A DNA stretch of 24,371 nucleotides from Acholeplasma sp. (GCA_036677365.1 JAVBWN010000005.1:1-24371), one strand, 5' to 3'. Positions 1-9,807 are shown, numbered from the stretch's first letter. The notes: generated by a model from the letters alone, not told the origin. Numbers and translations are program-made.

Positions 1-463
1 TATCTAACGCGATAACCAAGCGTTACGATTTGGTAAGTGTAGAAGGTTTGAATCTTAAAGATATGTCTCAAACAAGTCCCTATTATGCCAAACAGATTTC
101 TAGGTTTGGATGGACGAGATTTGTTTCATTCTTGAAGTATAAGTTAGAAACACAAGGTAAGACTTTGATGGTGATGGACGAGTGGTATCCATCGTCAAAG
201 ACATGTAGCTGTTGTGGGGACATCAAAACAGATTTGAAGTTATCTGAGAGAGTTTATCATTGTCCAAATTGTGAGTTACATTTGGATAGAGATCATAACG
301 CAGCGATCAACATCAACAAAGAAGGGTTTAGAAAGTATAAGTTAGCATTTCAGTTATAAACAAATAAGAACCGTAGGCACTACGGGGATAGCCTATTGAG
401 TCACTGGTGAAGACTGGTTTGGATAGGAAGCCCCCACTTCTATTTAAGTGGTGGGTAGTTCAC
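1..463 (+). mobile_element. IS200/IS605-family element, right part; right end at ...GTAGTTCAC (463)
   Basis: tnpB is followed by AACCGTAGGCACTACGGGGATAGCC...GGAAGCCCCCACTTCTATTTAAGTGGTGGGTAGTTCAC, a subterminal hairpin ending in TCAC, typical of right ends in Bacillota members of this family. Confidence 0.85.
3..359 (+). CDS. tnpB: TnpB RNA-guided endonuclease (IS200/IS605 family), C-terminal part, 5'-truncated by window edge
   Basis: The frame is open from position 3 (SNAITKRYDLVSVEGLN...). It shows the RuvC-II Glu region (VSVEGL), the W..F...LKYK motif, YPSSKTCSCCG...CPNC zinc finger and RuvC-III DRDHNAAINI. Confidence 0.95.
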   Translation, partial: SNAITKRYDLVSVEGLNLKDMSQTSPYYAKQISRFGWTRFVSFLKYKLETQGKTLMVMDEWYPSSKTCSCCGDIKTDLKLSERVYHCPNCELHLDRDHNAAININKEGFRKYKLAFQL

Positions 464-483
464 AGCGCGTTATTGTTATATAA
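360..483 (+). ncRNA. Putative TnpB omegaRNA/reRNA: scaffold to 463 plus ~16-20 nt guide from the flank (AGCGCGTTATTGTTATATAA); 5' boundary uncertain
   Basis: Established TnpB biology: the RNA derives from the element right end and the guide from the adjacent host DNA. Hairpins CCGTAG-GCA-CTACGG and CCCCAC..GTGGTGGG are visible. Confidence 0.65.
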
Positions 484-505
484 TAAAGTAAAGGTGTGTG
501 ATGCT

Positions 506-1729
506 ATGCGATGGATTATGTTCATCCGTTTATTCAAACAAATATTTTCAAAAAAGAAACTACCCGATTTAGACTTTATCCAAAATCAAGGTTTACTCGC
601 AGTAAAGATTGCACAAACCTTCGCATTAAGAATCGATTTTTTAAATGAAGCGACGTGTACACATTTAGCGAAATTATATACGCGAACCACCCCAATCCAA
701 GGGGAGGATTTTAAGGTTTTACTCAAACAATATACGAATGAAGATTGGTTAAAACAATTTAAACACATCGAAGAAACGCCGATTGGCAGCGCATCGGTTG
801 GACAAGTCCACCGTGCGACTTTACAATCGGGTGAAGAAGTAGTCATCAAATTCATCAAAAAGGATTTCAAAAAGAAGTTTGAAAAAGATGTGCGCTCTTT
901 AAGAAGATTCATTAAATTCATCATATTTTTCTACCCTAAATTGGCGAAAGTGGCCGATCCTGTGGGTATCCTTGAACACATTGAAGCATACACGCTGGCA
1001 GAACTCGATTTGAGAAATGAAATCAGTCATGGGGAAGTCCTCAAAAGAATCTATGAAGAAAATAAAGACAAATTTGATTTATCGCGATTGAAATTTCCTA
1101 TCATATATAAAGACCTATCCAATGAACACGTCTTGGTTTCACAGTTTATCGAAGGCAAAACGGTAGATGATTTGTTAGAAGAAAAAGCGATGCCATTTGA
1201 AGATATCTTAGAAATATTCCATATCCACGGTTTTTATATTTTCATTGTGGGCACATTCCACGGGGATTTACACCCTGGCAACCTCATCAAAAAAGGCAAC
1301 GATTTCTATTTCATCGATACCGGCGCGATTTCAGAGGTTGGTAAGAAAATTCAAATGGGCTTATTTGAGTTCATGGAAAAATTAGCTTACTATGATTTCC
1401 CTGGGTGTGCACTGGCATTAAACCACATGGCATACAAAGAAATCCATGGTAAAACTTACGATGCCTACTATGTGAAACTCCTCGATTTGTATAAAGATTT
1501 TTCAGGCAAATCGGTATCTGAAGTATCGTTGACACGAAAAATGATGGAAACCATCAAACTCGGTGTCAATTCTGGTATGGTGTTTGAAAAAGGGATGTTC
1601 CCCATCATTAAAAGCATGATGTACTTGGATGGTATGGTTTTAAAAGGCGCACCAGACACGGTATTGATGATTGAAATGAGACGGTTCTTAGAAGAGTTTC
1701 ATCAAGCAAATGAGGCGATCAACGCATGA
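506..1729 (+). CDS. ABC1/AarF/UbiB-family atypical kinase
   Basis: Motifs VKIAQ (KxGQ-like), PIGSASVGQVHRA, VVIK, ELDLRNE, FHGDLHPGN and FIDTG. The ORF-track start (407) lies inside the IS; ATG 506 follows AAGGTG (ATG 518 is an alternative). Confidence 0.9.
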   Translation: MRWIMFIRLFKQIFSKKKLPDLDFIQNQGLLAVKIAQTFALRIDFLNEATCTHLAKLYTRTTPIQGEDFKVLLKQYTNEDWLKQFKHIEETPIGSASVGQVHRATLQSGEEVVIKFIKKDFKKKFEKDVRSLRRFIKFIIFFYPKLAKVADPVGILEHIEAYTLAELDLRNEISHGEVLKRIYEENKDKFDLSRLKFPIIYKDLSNEHVLVSQFIEGKTVDDLLEEKAMPFEDILEIFHIHGFYIFIVGTFHGDLHPGNLIKKGNDFYFIDTGAISEVGKKIQMGLFEFMEKLAYYDFPGCALALNHMAYKEIHGKTYDAYYVKLLDLYKDFSGKSVSEVSLTRKMMETIKLGVNSGMVFEKGMFPIIKSMMYLDGMVLKGAPDTVLMIEMRRFLEEFHQANEAINA

Positions 1730-3177
1730 AAAAAATAGCGATTATTGGGGCTGGACCTGGGGGTCTAGCGGCAGGGATGGTCTTATCTAAAAAAGGCTAT
1801 GACATCCATATATATGAAAAAGACAATCAAGTCGGTGGCCGTTCCAAGCAACTTACTTTAGGAGACTATCGATTCGATGTGGGACCAACCTTCTTAATGT
1901 ATCTAGAAATATTAGAAGAAGTCTTCAAAGCGGCGGGTTATGATTTACATAAAGAATTAGACCTCATCAGGTTGGAAGAACTTTACACATTGATGTTCAA
2001 TGACGTCACTTTCCATATGAGTCAAGACCCCGCTGAGAATGCGAAAATGTATGACAAATACCAACCAGGTATGGGTGAAAGCTATTTGAAATGGCTCAAA
2101 GCTCAAGAAAAGAAATTAAACGCCATCGCACCCATCCTGAAAAAACCATTCCCGAATGTGTTTCATTTCTTAAGACCAGACGTCATCAAAGCGGCACCGT
2201 ATGCCCATATCTTTCAATCGGTTTATACCCATTTATCGACATTCAATAAAAACGAGAACTTTATACATTCTTTATCATTTCAAGCGAAGTATCTCGGGAT
2301 GGCTTCTTATCAAGCCCCATCCATCTTCACCATATTGCCTTATTTAGAACACGCCATGGGGTTATATCATGTCAAGGGCGGGCTCAATCAAATCAACCAT
2401 AAGATGGCGGAATTGATCGAAAAAAATGGGGGGCAAATCCATCTAAATCGACCTGTGGAAGAAATCATAGTCGATAAAGGGGTTGCGAAAGGGTTGAGGG
2501 TCAATGGGGAAGCGATTTTATTCGATGAAATCATCATCAACGCTGACTTCGCTTATTCAATGAATAAACTCATCAAACCAGAACACTTAAAGAAATACAC
2601 CCCAGAAAAACTACAAAAGAAAAAATACAGTGTGTCTACCTTTATGCTTTATATTGGACTGGATAAAGAATATGACTTTGCACACCATGAGATATTATTC
2701 TCTAAGGATTATGAAGCCTATCTCAAAGGATTGACTACGAATCAATTTACGGATGATTTTAGTGTTTATGTCCATAACCCTGGTCGGACAGATGATTCCT
2801 ATGCCCCGAAAGGTCATACGAGTTTGTTTGTCTTAGTACCTGTACCAAACACACAAGCAAAACAAGACTGGTCTATCTATCAAAAGCATCTCAAAGAAAA
2901 GACATTAGATCTCATTGAATCTAAACATGGGGTGGATTTGAGAAGCCATATCCAAGTGATTGAAATGCTCAATCCAACCGATTGGGAACATGATTTCAAT
3001 GTGCACTATGGGGCTGTGTTTAATTTAGCCCATAATTTGCCTCAAATGTTACACAGAAGACCACACAATCAATTTGAAGATATCAGTCATGTGTACTTAG
3101 TCGGTGGTGGCACCCACCCAGGCAGTGGGTTACCAACCATCTATCAATCGGCACTGATATTAAAACATTATCTATAA
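1726..3177 (+). CDS. crtI: Phytoene desaturase family (CrtI/CrtN-like) FAD oxidoreductase
   Basis: N-terminal IIGAGPGGLAA Rossmann motif, YEK..VGGR, FDVGPT, NADF and C-terminal YLVGGGTHPGSGLPTIYQSA. ATGA overlap with the upstream gene. Exact subfamily (crtI, crtN, crtP) is not resolvable. Confidence 0.85.
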   Translation: MKKIAIIGAGPGGLAAGMVLSKKGYDIHIYEKDNQVGGRSKQLTLGDYRFDVGPTFLMYLEILEEVFKAAGYDLHKELDLIRLEELYTLMFNDVTFHMSQDPAENAKMYDKYQPGMGESYLKWLKAQEKKLNAIAPILKKPFPNVFHFLRPDVIKAAPYAHIFQSVYTHLSTFNKNENFIHSLSFQAKYLGMASYQAPSIFTILPYLEHAMGLYHVKGGLNQINHKMAELIEKNGGQIHLNRPVEEIIVDKGVAKGLRVNGEAILFDEIIINADFAYSMNKLIKPEHLKKYTPEKLQKKKYSVSTFMLYIGLDKEYDFAHHEILFSKDYEAYLKGLTTNQFTDDFSVYVHNPGRTDDSYAPKGHTSLFVLVPVPNTQAKQDWSIYQKHLKEKTLDLIESKHGVDLRSHIQVIEMLNPTDWEHDFNVHYGAVFNLAHNLPQMLHRRPHNQFEDISHVYLVGGGTHPGSGLPTIYQSALILKHYL

Positions 3178-3180
3178 AGT

Positions 3181-3210
3181 AAAGCACCTCAAAAAGGTGT
3201 TTTTTATTTT
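3181..3210 (+). terminator. Intrinsic terminator after crtI
   Basis: AAAGCACCT-CAAAA-AGGTGTTTT followed by a T-run. Confidence 0.7.
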
Positions 3211-3330
3211 TAAGCAGGTTATTTATATAATAAAAACAGTGAAATTTGGAAATAGTATAAAAAAACGCTCCCATTTGTGTTATTATAAAGATAAAGAAAT
3301 GCACTCATAACGAGTGGAAGGGAGAAAACA

Positions 3331-3645
3331 ATGAAACAAAGAAGTATCGGTATGATGATTTTGTTATTTTTATTCACCTTTGGTATTTACCCGATTTATT
3401 GGATCATTATGTTCCAAGTCGAACTAAAGAAACAAACAGGTGAAGGCTTTGGTGGGTTAGGCCATGTCTTAATGTTACTATTTACCTTTGGTATTTATGG
3501 CATCTACTGGCAATATGCAGCCGGCAAACGTTTAGCCAAACAAGGTGCTGAAGATATGTCTATCATCTATTTGATTCTTGCCATCGTCGTTGGTGGGTTC
3601 CTTAACCCATTCTTGATGCAAAATCAAGCAAACAAACTTGCATAA
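3331..3645 (+). CDS. Small membrane protein, DUF4234-like
   Basis: KQRSIGMMILLFLFTFGIYPIYW with an internally repeated FTFGIY.IYW motif and terminal MQNQANK. GGGAG RBS. Confidence 0.75.
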   Translation: MKQRSIGMMILLFLFTFGIYPIYWIIMFQVELKKQTGEGFGGLGHVLMLLFTFGIYGIYWQYAAGKRLAKQGAEDMSIIYLILAIVVGGFLNPFLMQNQANKLA

Positions 3646-3651
3646 AAAAAC

Positions 3652-3676
3652 AAAGGACAGCGTTGGCTGTCCTTTT
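3652..3676. terminator. Bidirectional terminator between convergent genes
   Basis: AAAGGACAGC-GTTG-GCTGTCCTTTT flanked by A and T runs. Confidence 0.8.
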
Positions 3677-3681
3677 ACTTT

Positions 3682-3966
3682 CTACTTAATTTGTTCTGTG
3701 GGTTTCTTTAGTGCTTTGATGAGTAAGGTAATTAAACCAACAACTAAACCCACAAAGAAGAAGAATAATCCAAATAAAACATACATCAAATCATTCCAAG
3801 AACCTGCAGGTTGTGGCATTTGAGATAACCAAATGAACACCAAACCTAAAGCGAGTAAAATCAAGGTTGGAACGAAGGCGAATTTTTGTTTTACAAAGGA
3901 AAATCCAAGACCAACTGCGATAGCAAGCAGTCCAAAACCAGCGATATAAGGGATAAATGGTACCAT
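3682..3966 (-). CDS. Small 3-TM membrane protein (YesK-like)
   Basis: Three hydrophobic segments and a GSWNDL motif. ATG at 3966 follows an AAAGGAGAG RBS. Confidence 0.65.
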   Translation of the reverse strand: MVPFIPYIAGFGLLAIAVGLGFSFVKQKFAFVPTLILLALGLVFIWLSQMPQPAGSWNDLMYVLFGLFFFFVGLVVGLITLLIKALKKPTEQIK

Positions 3967-4130
3967 ATAATCTCTCCTTTTCATTCATCATACTTGAAAT
4001 ATTGACATTTGTCAAATAGAGTTGTTTTACGCCATATTAAGCCAAAAAATGTGATGATTTGACAGTCAAATCAATTGAAATTAACCTAACCTTTCTATAC
4101 AATGGTGTTATGTATGAAGGAAGTGTGCAC

Positions 4131-4754
4131 ATGATTAGTGACATAAAAGCATCGTTTATATACAAGACCATCTATTTGGTGATTGGTTTTATTGGATTAT
4201 TTCTAGCCACTGAAATCATCACAGGTAAGTTCAATGATGGATTTTTCGTCTACTATACCAATTTATCGAATTTGATTGCTTATGGATTGATGGTTGCCTT
4301 ATGGTGGGTGGACTACCAATCCTTAAAAGGGAAACCTCAAGCATTCAACTACCCAACCATTCGATTTGTCATCACCATCATGATTTTGGTGACTTTGATC
4401 ATCTACAATACATTGCTTGGTAATATGTTTGATCCGAATTATTGGCGCGTCCGTAACGTCATCATGCACCTGTTAGGGCCGATTCTAGTGGTGCTTGACT
4501 TCTTATTATTCAATCCATCGAATAACCTAAAATGGCGTGTGATTTTAGATAGTTTGATTTTACCTTATACCTATGTCATCGTTACATTGATCATTGGGGT
4601 ATTCACAAATTCATATCCTTACTTCTTCTTAAATGTGAATAATATCGGATATGGTGGCGTGCTTGGTTGGGTATTCATCTTGACCTTAGGATTTTTGGTA
4701 TTGAGTTTAGGTTTGGTAGGATACAACAAAACTATATTAAAAAATAAAAAATAG
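4131..4754 (+). CDS. Pr6Pr / FAR-17a-AIG1-like multi-pass membrane protein
   Basis: YYTNLSN, MH..GP..V.LDFLLF and YPYFFLN motifs. Start chosen at ATG 4131, after GAAGGAAG. Confidence 0.75.
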   Translation: MISDIKASFIYKTIYLVIGFIGLFLATEIITGKFNDGFFVYYTNLSNLIAYGLMVALWWVDYQSLKGKPQAFNYPTIRFVITIMILVTLIIYNTLLGNMFDPNYWRVRNVIMHLLGPILVVLDFLLFNPSNNLKWRVILDSLILPYTYVIVTLIIGVFTNSYPYFFLNVNNIGYGGVLGWVFILTLGFLVLSLGLVGYNKTILKNKK

Positions 4755-4781
4755 TGTGATTTCGATTCACATTATTTTTTT
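4747..4781 (+). terminator. Intrinsic terminator
   Basis: AATAGTGTGA-TTTCGAT-TCACATTATT followed by a T-run. Confidence 0.6.
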
Positions 4782-4814
4782 AGATGATACAATGGAAAGT
4801 GAAGTGGTGATCTT

Positions 4815-5720
4815 ATGCGCGTTGGTTTTATTTATAACCCCGAAAGTGGCAGTGGCAAAATTGAACGAAATTCTCAGTATATCATCGACGCATTTACCGC
4901 TAAAGGCCATGTGATGGATGTTTTAAAAACGAAAAAAACGTTGGACGCCAAAAGATATGCCATGGAAAGTGACCATGATATGTTGTTGGTGGCCGGTGGT
5001 GACGGGACTTTAAATGAAGTTGTGAATGGCTTAATGACCAGAGAACAAAGACCTAAAATCGCCTATATCCCGACCGGAACGGTTAACGATGTCGCACACA
5101 TGCTGGGGATATCGATGAATGTTAAAAAAGCGGTTAAATTGATTTTAGAAACGGGCGAAGTCAAAAAAATGGACATATCCAAAATCAATGATACCTATTT
5201 TACCTACGCAGCAGCAACCGGTCGTTTCACCAAAGCCAGTTATGATGTGAAGCGGAAAGATAAAAAACGTTTTGGCATACTGGCGTATGTGGTCAGAGGT
5301 ATAACCGATTTATTATTTGATTACAAAATGCCGATGAAAATCACCTATGAAGGTGGGGTATTGGAAAAAACCTTCACACTATTGTTATTCTTAAATGGTC
5401 CCCGTGTCGGTGGAAGAAACCTCTACCTCATGAAAAAATCCAAACTCAATGATGGTAAAATCGAAGCGCGCATCTTTGAACATAGACGCTTTTGGATGTT
5501 GATTAAAATTTTGACATTCTTCGCGATCGGTGGTTTAGTCATGCGAGGTGGTCACCGTTTGACTTCGTCGTTTTATGAAATTGAAGCTGAACATGACCAA
5601 GCCGATATTGATTGGAACACCGATGGTGAAAAAACAGAGAAAAACAGTGTTCGTATCGATGTCATCCAAGAAGCGATTGAGATTTATGTCTCAAAGAGAG
5701 CAGCCAAATACATATTCTAA
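4815..5720 (+). CDS. Diacylglycerol/lipid kinase family (YegS/DagK-like)
   Basis: IYNPESGSG, AGGDGTLNEVVNGL, IPTGTVND, LNDG and NTDGE motifs. Confidence 0.92.
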   Translation: MRVGFIYNPESGSGKIERNSQYIIDAFTAKGHVMDVLKTKKTLDAKRYAMESDHDMLLVAGGDGTLNEVVNGLMTREQRPKIAYIPTGTVNDVAHMLGISMNVKKAVKLILETGEVKKMDISKINDTYFTYAAATGRFTKASYDVKRKDKKRFGILAYVVRGITDLLFDYKMPMKITYEGGVLEKTFTLLLFLNGPRVGGRNLYLMKKSKLNDGKIEARIFEHRRFWMLIKILTFFAIGGLVMRGGHRLTSSFYEIEAEHDQADIDWNTDGEKTEKNSVRIDVIQEAIEIYVSKRAAKYIF

Positions 5721-5745
5721 ACCACCACACGGTGGTTTTATTTTT
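5719..5745 (+). terminator. Intrinsic terminator
   Basis: AAACCACC-ACAC-GGTGGTTTT followed by a T-rich tail. Confidence 0.75.
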
Positions 5746-5784
5746 CACAAAAATACACATATTTGAAAAACTTGTGCAAAGTTA

Positions 5785-5841
5785 TTGATTGTGTATGCGT
5801 ATGATGGTATACTTTGAAATACCGACCGACCGTTCGGTCGG
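5785..5841 (+). promoter_or_regulatory. Sigma70-type promoter plus palindromic TetR-type operator for the RND-TetR operon
   Basis: TTGATT (5785-5790), 17-nt spacer, TG-extended TATACT (5808-5813). Perfect inverted repeat CCGACCGA-ccgt-TCGGTCGG at 5822-5841, just downstream of the predicted start site. Confidence 0.75.
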
Positions 5842-5861
5842 CTTTCTATGGAGGATTATAC

Positions 5862-8800
5862 ATGAGCGGATATAGTGTTAGAAAACCAATCACTGTGATC
5901 ATGGGTGTACTCATTGTCATCGTGTTAGGGTTATTCTCAATTACCAGATTACCTTTAACCTTGTTTCCAGATATTGAGTTACCATTTGTCGTAACCATTA
6001 CAGAGTATCAAGGGGCATCACCAGAAGAAGTGGAGGCCGAGGTTTCGAAGAAAATCGAATCTACTGTCGCAACCATTTCCAATTTCGCAGAAGTATCCTC
6101 GATGTCGAATGAACATTTCGCCATTTCCATCGTGACATTCGCCGATGGGGCGAATATGGATTCGGTCGTCATCGAACTACGTGAATTACTCAATAACATC
6201 CAGTTTGTGGATGGGGTGGGGAATACCCGTATCTTAAGAATCAGTCCGGACATGTTACCGGTCATGACAGTAACATTATTTAGAGATTACGAAGAAACTT
6301 TAACCGATGAAGAAATCTTGATCCGCAACACTGAATGGATTCAAAGAGATTTACTCATCGACTTACAAAGCATCCCAGGGGTCGCCGATGTTTCAATTTC
6401 CGGTCAAGCCGATGTTGTTTTACAAATCAATTTAGACAATACCAAACTCGCTACCTATGGTCTAGACCACGCCACAGTTTTACAAACCATCGAAGATCAA
6501 AATGAAGGCGGTTTGATTGGGGTGGCATTAGATTCAGGCGAGCTACGCATGCTCTATTTAGGTAACAAAATTACCCAATTAGATGAAATCGCAGCCTTAC
6601 CGATTCATTTTGATGGTGCTGAAGTCATTTATTTGAATGATTTAATCGTTGAAGATGGGATCAAATACATCAATGCCAATACCGATACCTATTCTAAAAT
6701 CAATGGCACACAAGGCATTCAAGTGTCGTTTACCAAACAATCCAATTACGGGATCACAGAAGTTTCAAGTGCGATTACCAGACGATTAAACGACATCATG
6801 GACCGTGAAGGTGAAACGGCACATTATGAAATATTATTAGACCAAGGGGAATACATCACACAATCGATTGGTTCAGTACTCAATAACCTCATTGTAGGGG
6901 GCGTACTCGCGATTGTCATTCTATTCTTATTTTTAAGAAACATCAAACCTACCCTCATCGTTGGGTTGGCTATTCCAACCTCGGTTATTGGTGCATTTAT
7001 GTTGATGTATTTTACAGGCGTTACCTTGAACCTCATTTCGATGGGGGGACTCGCTTTAGGGATAGGGATGCTGGTTGATAACGCGGTTGTTGTTATTGAA
7101 AACATCTATCGTATGATTTCTGAAGGTAAATCCAAACGCGAAGCAGCAACCCAAGGGGCGAAGGAAGTCGCCGGTGCGATTACATCATCGACCATCACAA
7201 CAGTCGCGGTATTCTTACCGATTGTATTCATTGAAGGCATCATCGCGGATGTATTCATCTCGATGGCGCTTACGATTGCTTACTCCTTAGGGGCATCCTT
7301 AGTCATCGCTTTAACCCTAGTACCAATGATGGCATCCCGTATGTTGGATGACCATAAACCACAAAAAGATGGTAAGTGGATGACATCCATGAAACAAGCC
7401 TATGAACGTTCGGTCCTATTCACATTAAAACATAAAATAACCACACTACTCGTTGTTTTAGGGTTATTGATTGTATCGGTATGGATCGTCGCTTCAAAGG
7501 GATTCATCTTATTACCTGAATCCGATGAAGGTGTGATTGACATCAGTATCCTGACGACCTCACAAACGACTTTCCAATCCAAAGCTGCATTCACGGACTT
7601 ATTAACCACAGAATTGCTTAAGATGAGTGATATCGAAACCGTTTCAGCATCCATTGGTGGGTCTGGTGGCTTTGGTGGCTTTGGTGGTATGATGGGTGGC
7701 GGTTCAGACATTGAACTTTCCATCAACTTAAAGGAAAATCGTAGTAAATCCACACAAGAAAACGAAGATTTAATTAAAGCCCTATTGGCAGATTTTGATT
7801 ACTCAAGCCTAACAGGGTTTAACACAAGCAACATCATTGAAACCACGGTATCTTCTCAAAATTCTACGGGTGCTTTAGGTGGTGCATCCGGTATATCGAT
7901 CAAAGTATCGGGTTATGATTTACAAACCCTAGAAGCGATCGCCAATGACATCACAGCCATTCTAGAAAACACACCAGGGGTCGTTAAGCCAGACAATGGG
8001 GTATCACAAGGCGCAGACAATGTTAAAATCACCATCCATAAAGACAATGCTATGGTGTATGGTTTAACCTCTGCGGATGTGAATGCGAATATAGCTTACC
8101 TTTATCAAGGCTTGGGTGGTTTGGGAGAAACCCAAACATTGACCCTAACCATTGAGGGGGTAACCTATGATATCTCATTACCAAATGACGCCATTTCAGG
8201 GGGATTAACCTTTGATTTATTTGGAGATTATTTGAACTTCTTATCAGGCATTATGTTATTCAGTGATGCAGACCGCGCGATGATAGATCGCTATACAGCA
8301 GCCACTGGTCAAGGCATTTACACCATTGACCCAAGTGCATTAGCCACAGGTGGATACCTTAAATTTATGGTCAACCCATTCTTACGTGTGGTCGGTGGTG
8401 AAATCGTCTTTAATCCAGACATGATGAGTGCAGACCCAATGCTCATCACACGGGCAGTATCACCACTTTATGTCGATAGCGCAGGTTCAGTAGCATCCAT
8501 CGATTATATCACCGGTTTTACAACCATCAATACCGATGGCTCTAACCGTTATGTCAATGTCACAGCAGAAATCGAAGATGGTAAGAATGTAACTTTGGTT
8601 TCTCAAGAAGCCACCAGAAAAGTCAATGATTACTTGAATTCAGATGACTTCAAACAATATGGTAATGGCTATTATGTATCCTTTGAAGGTGAGTCCGAAG
8701 AAATTCTTCAAGCGGTCAATGACCTCATACTCGCCGCGTTGGTTGCGATACTGTTGGTATACATGGTCATGGCGATTCAATTCCAATCCTTGGTATACCC

Positions 8801-9245
8801 ATTCATCATTTTATTCACCATCCCACTCGCATTCACTGGGGGGATGCTCGCACTATTGGTTACCAATTCGTACCTAAGTTTGGTATCCATTATGGGCTTG
8901 GTCATCCTCGTGGGTATCGTTGTCAATAACGGTATCGTGTTGGTAGACTATATCAATCAATTGAGAAATGAAGGTATGACCATTAAAGATGCGATTGTCT
9001 TGGCAGGTAAAACCCGCTTAAGACCGATTTTCATGACATCGTTGACCACCATTTTAGGCTTAGCTGCTTTGGCTTTAGGCTTTGGTGAAGGTTCGGAACT
9101 CCTACAACCGATGGCGATCACAACCATTGGTGGGTTGATCTACTCTACCATTTTGACCTTGGTTGTTGTCCCAACCATCTATGCATTACTCAACCGTAAA
9201 ACGATGAAAAAAGAGGCAACTGCACATGTCACAAACCAAAGATAA
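5862..9245 (+). CDS. RND-family efflux transporter permease (AcrB/SwrC-like)
   Basis: LFPDIELP, YQGASPEEVE, GMLVDNAVVVIENI, GIVVNNGIVLVD and RLRPIFMTSLTT motifs. ATG 5862 follows a GGAGG RBS. Confidence 0.95.
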   Translation: MSGYSVRKPITVIMGVLIVIVLGLFSITRLPLTLFPDIELPFVVTITEYQGASPEEVEAEVSKKIESTVATISNFAEVSSMSNEHFAISIVTFADGANMDSVVIELRELLNNIQFVDGVGNTRILRISPDMLPVMTVTLFRDYEETLTDEEILIRNTEWIQRDLLIDLQSIPGVADVSISGQADVVLQINLDNTKLATYGLDHATVLQTIEDQNEGGLIGVALDSGELRMLYLGNKITQLDEIAALPIHFDGAEVIYLNDLIVEDGIKYINANTDTYSKINGTQGIQVSFTKQSNYGITEVSSAITRRLNDIMDREGETAHYEILLDQGEYITQSIGSVLNNLIVGGVLAIVILFLFLRNIKPTLIVGLAIPTSVIGAFMLMYFTGVTLNLISMGGLALGIGMLVDNAVVVIENIYRMISEGKSKREAATQGAKEVAGAITSSTITTVAVFLPIVFIEGIIADVFISMALTIAYSLGASLVIALTLVPMMASRMLDDHKPQKDGKWMTSMKQAYERSVLFTLKHKITTLLVVLGLLIVSVWIVASKGFILLPESDEGVIDISILTTSQTTFQSKAAFTDLLTTELLKMSDIETVSASIGGSGGFGGFGGMMGGGSDIELSINLKENRSKSTQENEDLIKALLADFDYSSLTGFNTSNIIETTVSSQNSTGALGGASGISIKVSGYDLQTLEAIANDITAILENTPGVVKPDNGVSQGADNVKITIHKDNAMVYGLTSADVNANIAYLYQGLGGLGETQTLTLTIEGVTYDISLPNDAISGGLTFDLFGDYLNFLSGIMLFSDADRAMIDRYTAATGQGIYTIDPSALATGGYLKFMVNPFLRVVGGEIVFNPDMMSADPMLITRAVSPLYVDSAGSVASIDYITGFTTINTDGSNRYVNVTAEIEDGKNVTLVSQEATRKVNDYLNSDDFKQYGNGYYVSFEGESEEILQAVNDLILAALVAILLVYMVMAIQFQSLVYPFIILFTIPLAFTGGMLALLVTNSYLSLVSIMGLVILVGIVVNNGIVLVDYINQLRNEGMTIKDAIVLAGKTRLRPIFMTSLTTILGLAALALGFGEGSELLQPMAITTIGGLIYSTILTLVVVPTIYALLNRKTMKKEATAHVTNQR

Positions 9246-9807
9246 AATCATCCAAGTTTTGGTTGAACACATCAAACAGGGGACGAATTTAAACGAGATA
9301 TCGTTATCTAAAGTGGCTCAAGAGGCAGAAATTGGTAAGAGTACAGTTTACGAACATTTCAAGAACAAAGAAGAAATGATATCGAGTACGTATGCATATT
9401 TACTCCATAAGTATCAACAAATCTTATTAGAACCGATTGTTATGGCATCATTTAAAGAAGCCTTCATCGCACAAATCAAGCGCATTTTATGCGTGATGAG
9501 TGATGCGAAAAGCATCATGGATGCCATCATGAACACCCAGTTGGATGGGATACCATCGCTCAGTTTAGAACATCAAAAGTTAATGGAAAACATCCAAGAA
9601 CAAATGAATCTACGATTCACAGATATCATGACTTTAGGTATTCAATCGAATGAAATCCAAGTTCAAAATATCACCCCATTTACCAAAAACATCATTCAGG
9701 CTTTAATTTCCGGACTGCTCCTACAATATGTGAAGGGTGAAATGGATTTAAATGATGATGGTATTTGTGAACTCGTATTTAACCAAGTATTAAAAGCAAT
9801 CTCATAA
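9226..9807 (+). CDS. TetR/AcrR family transcriptional regulator
   Basis: N-terminal HTH ISLSKVAQEAEIGKSTVYEHFKNKEEM. Overlaps the end of the RND gene. Confidence 0.92.
   Translation: MSQTKDKIIQVLVEHIKQGTNLNEISLSKVAQEAEIGKSTVYEHFKNKEEMISSTYAYLLHKYQQILLEPIVMASFKEAFIAQIKRILCVMSDAKSIMDAIMNTQLDGIPSLSLEHQKLMENIQEQMNLRFTDIMTLGIQSNEIQVQNITPFTKNIIQALISGLLLQYVKGEMDLNDDGICELVFNQVLKAIS

Noticed and set aside
407-505. ORF-track N-terminal extension of the ABC1 kinase
   Set aside because: It begins inside the IS right end. A better start with an RBS lies at 506.
7656-7703. GGTGGCTTT-type tandem repeat
   Set aside because: It encodes a Gly-rich linker (GGSGGFGGFGGMMGGG) within the RND protein.
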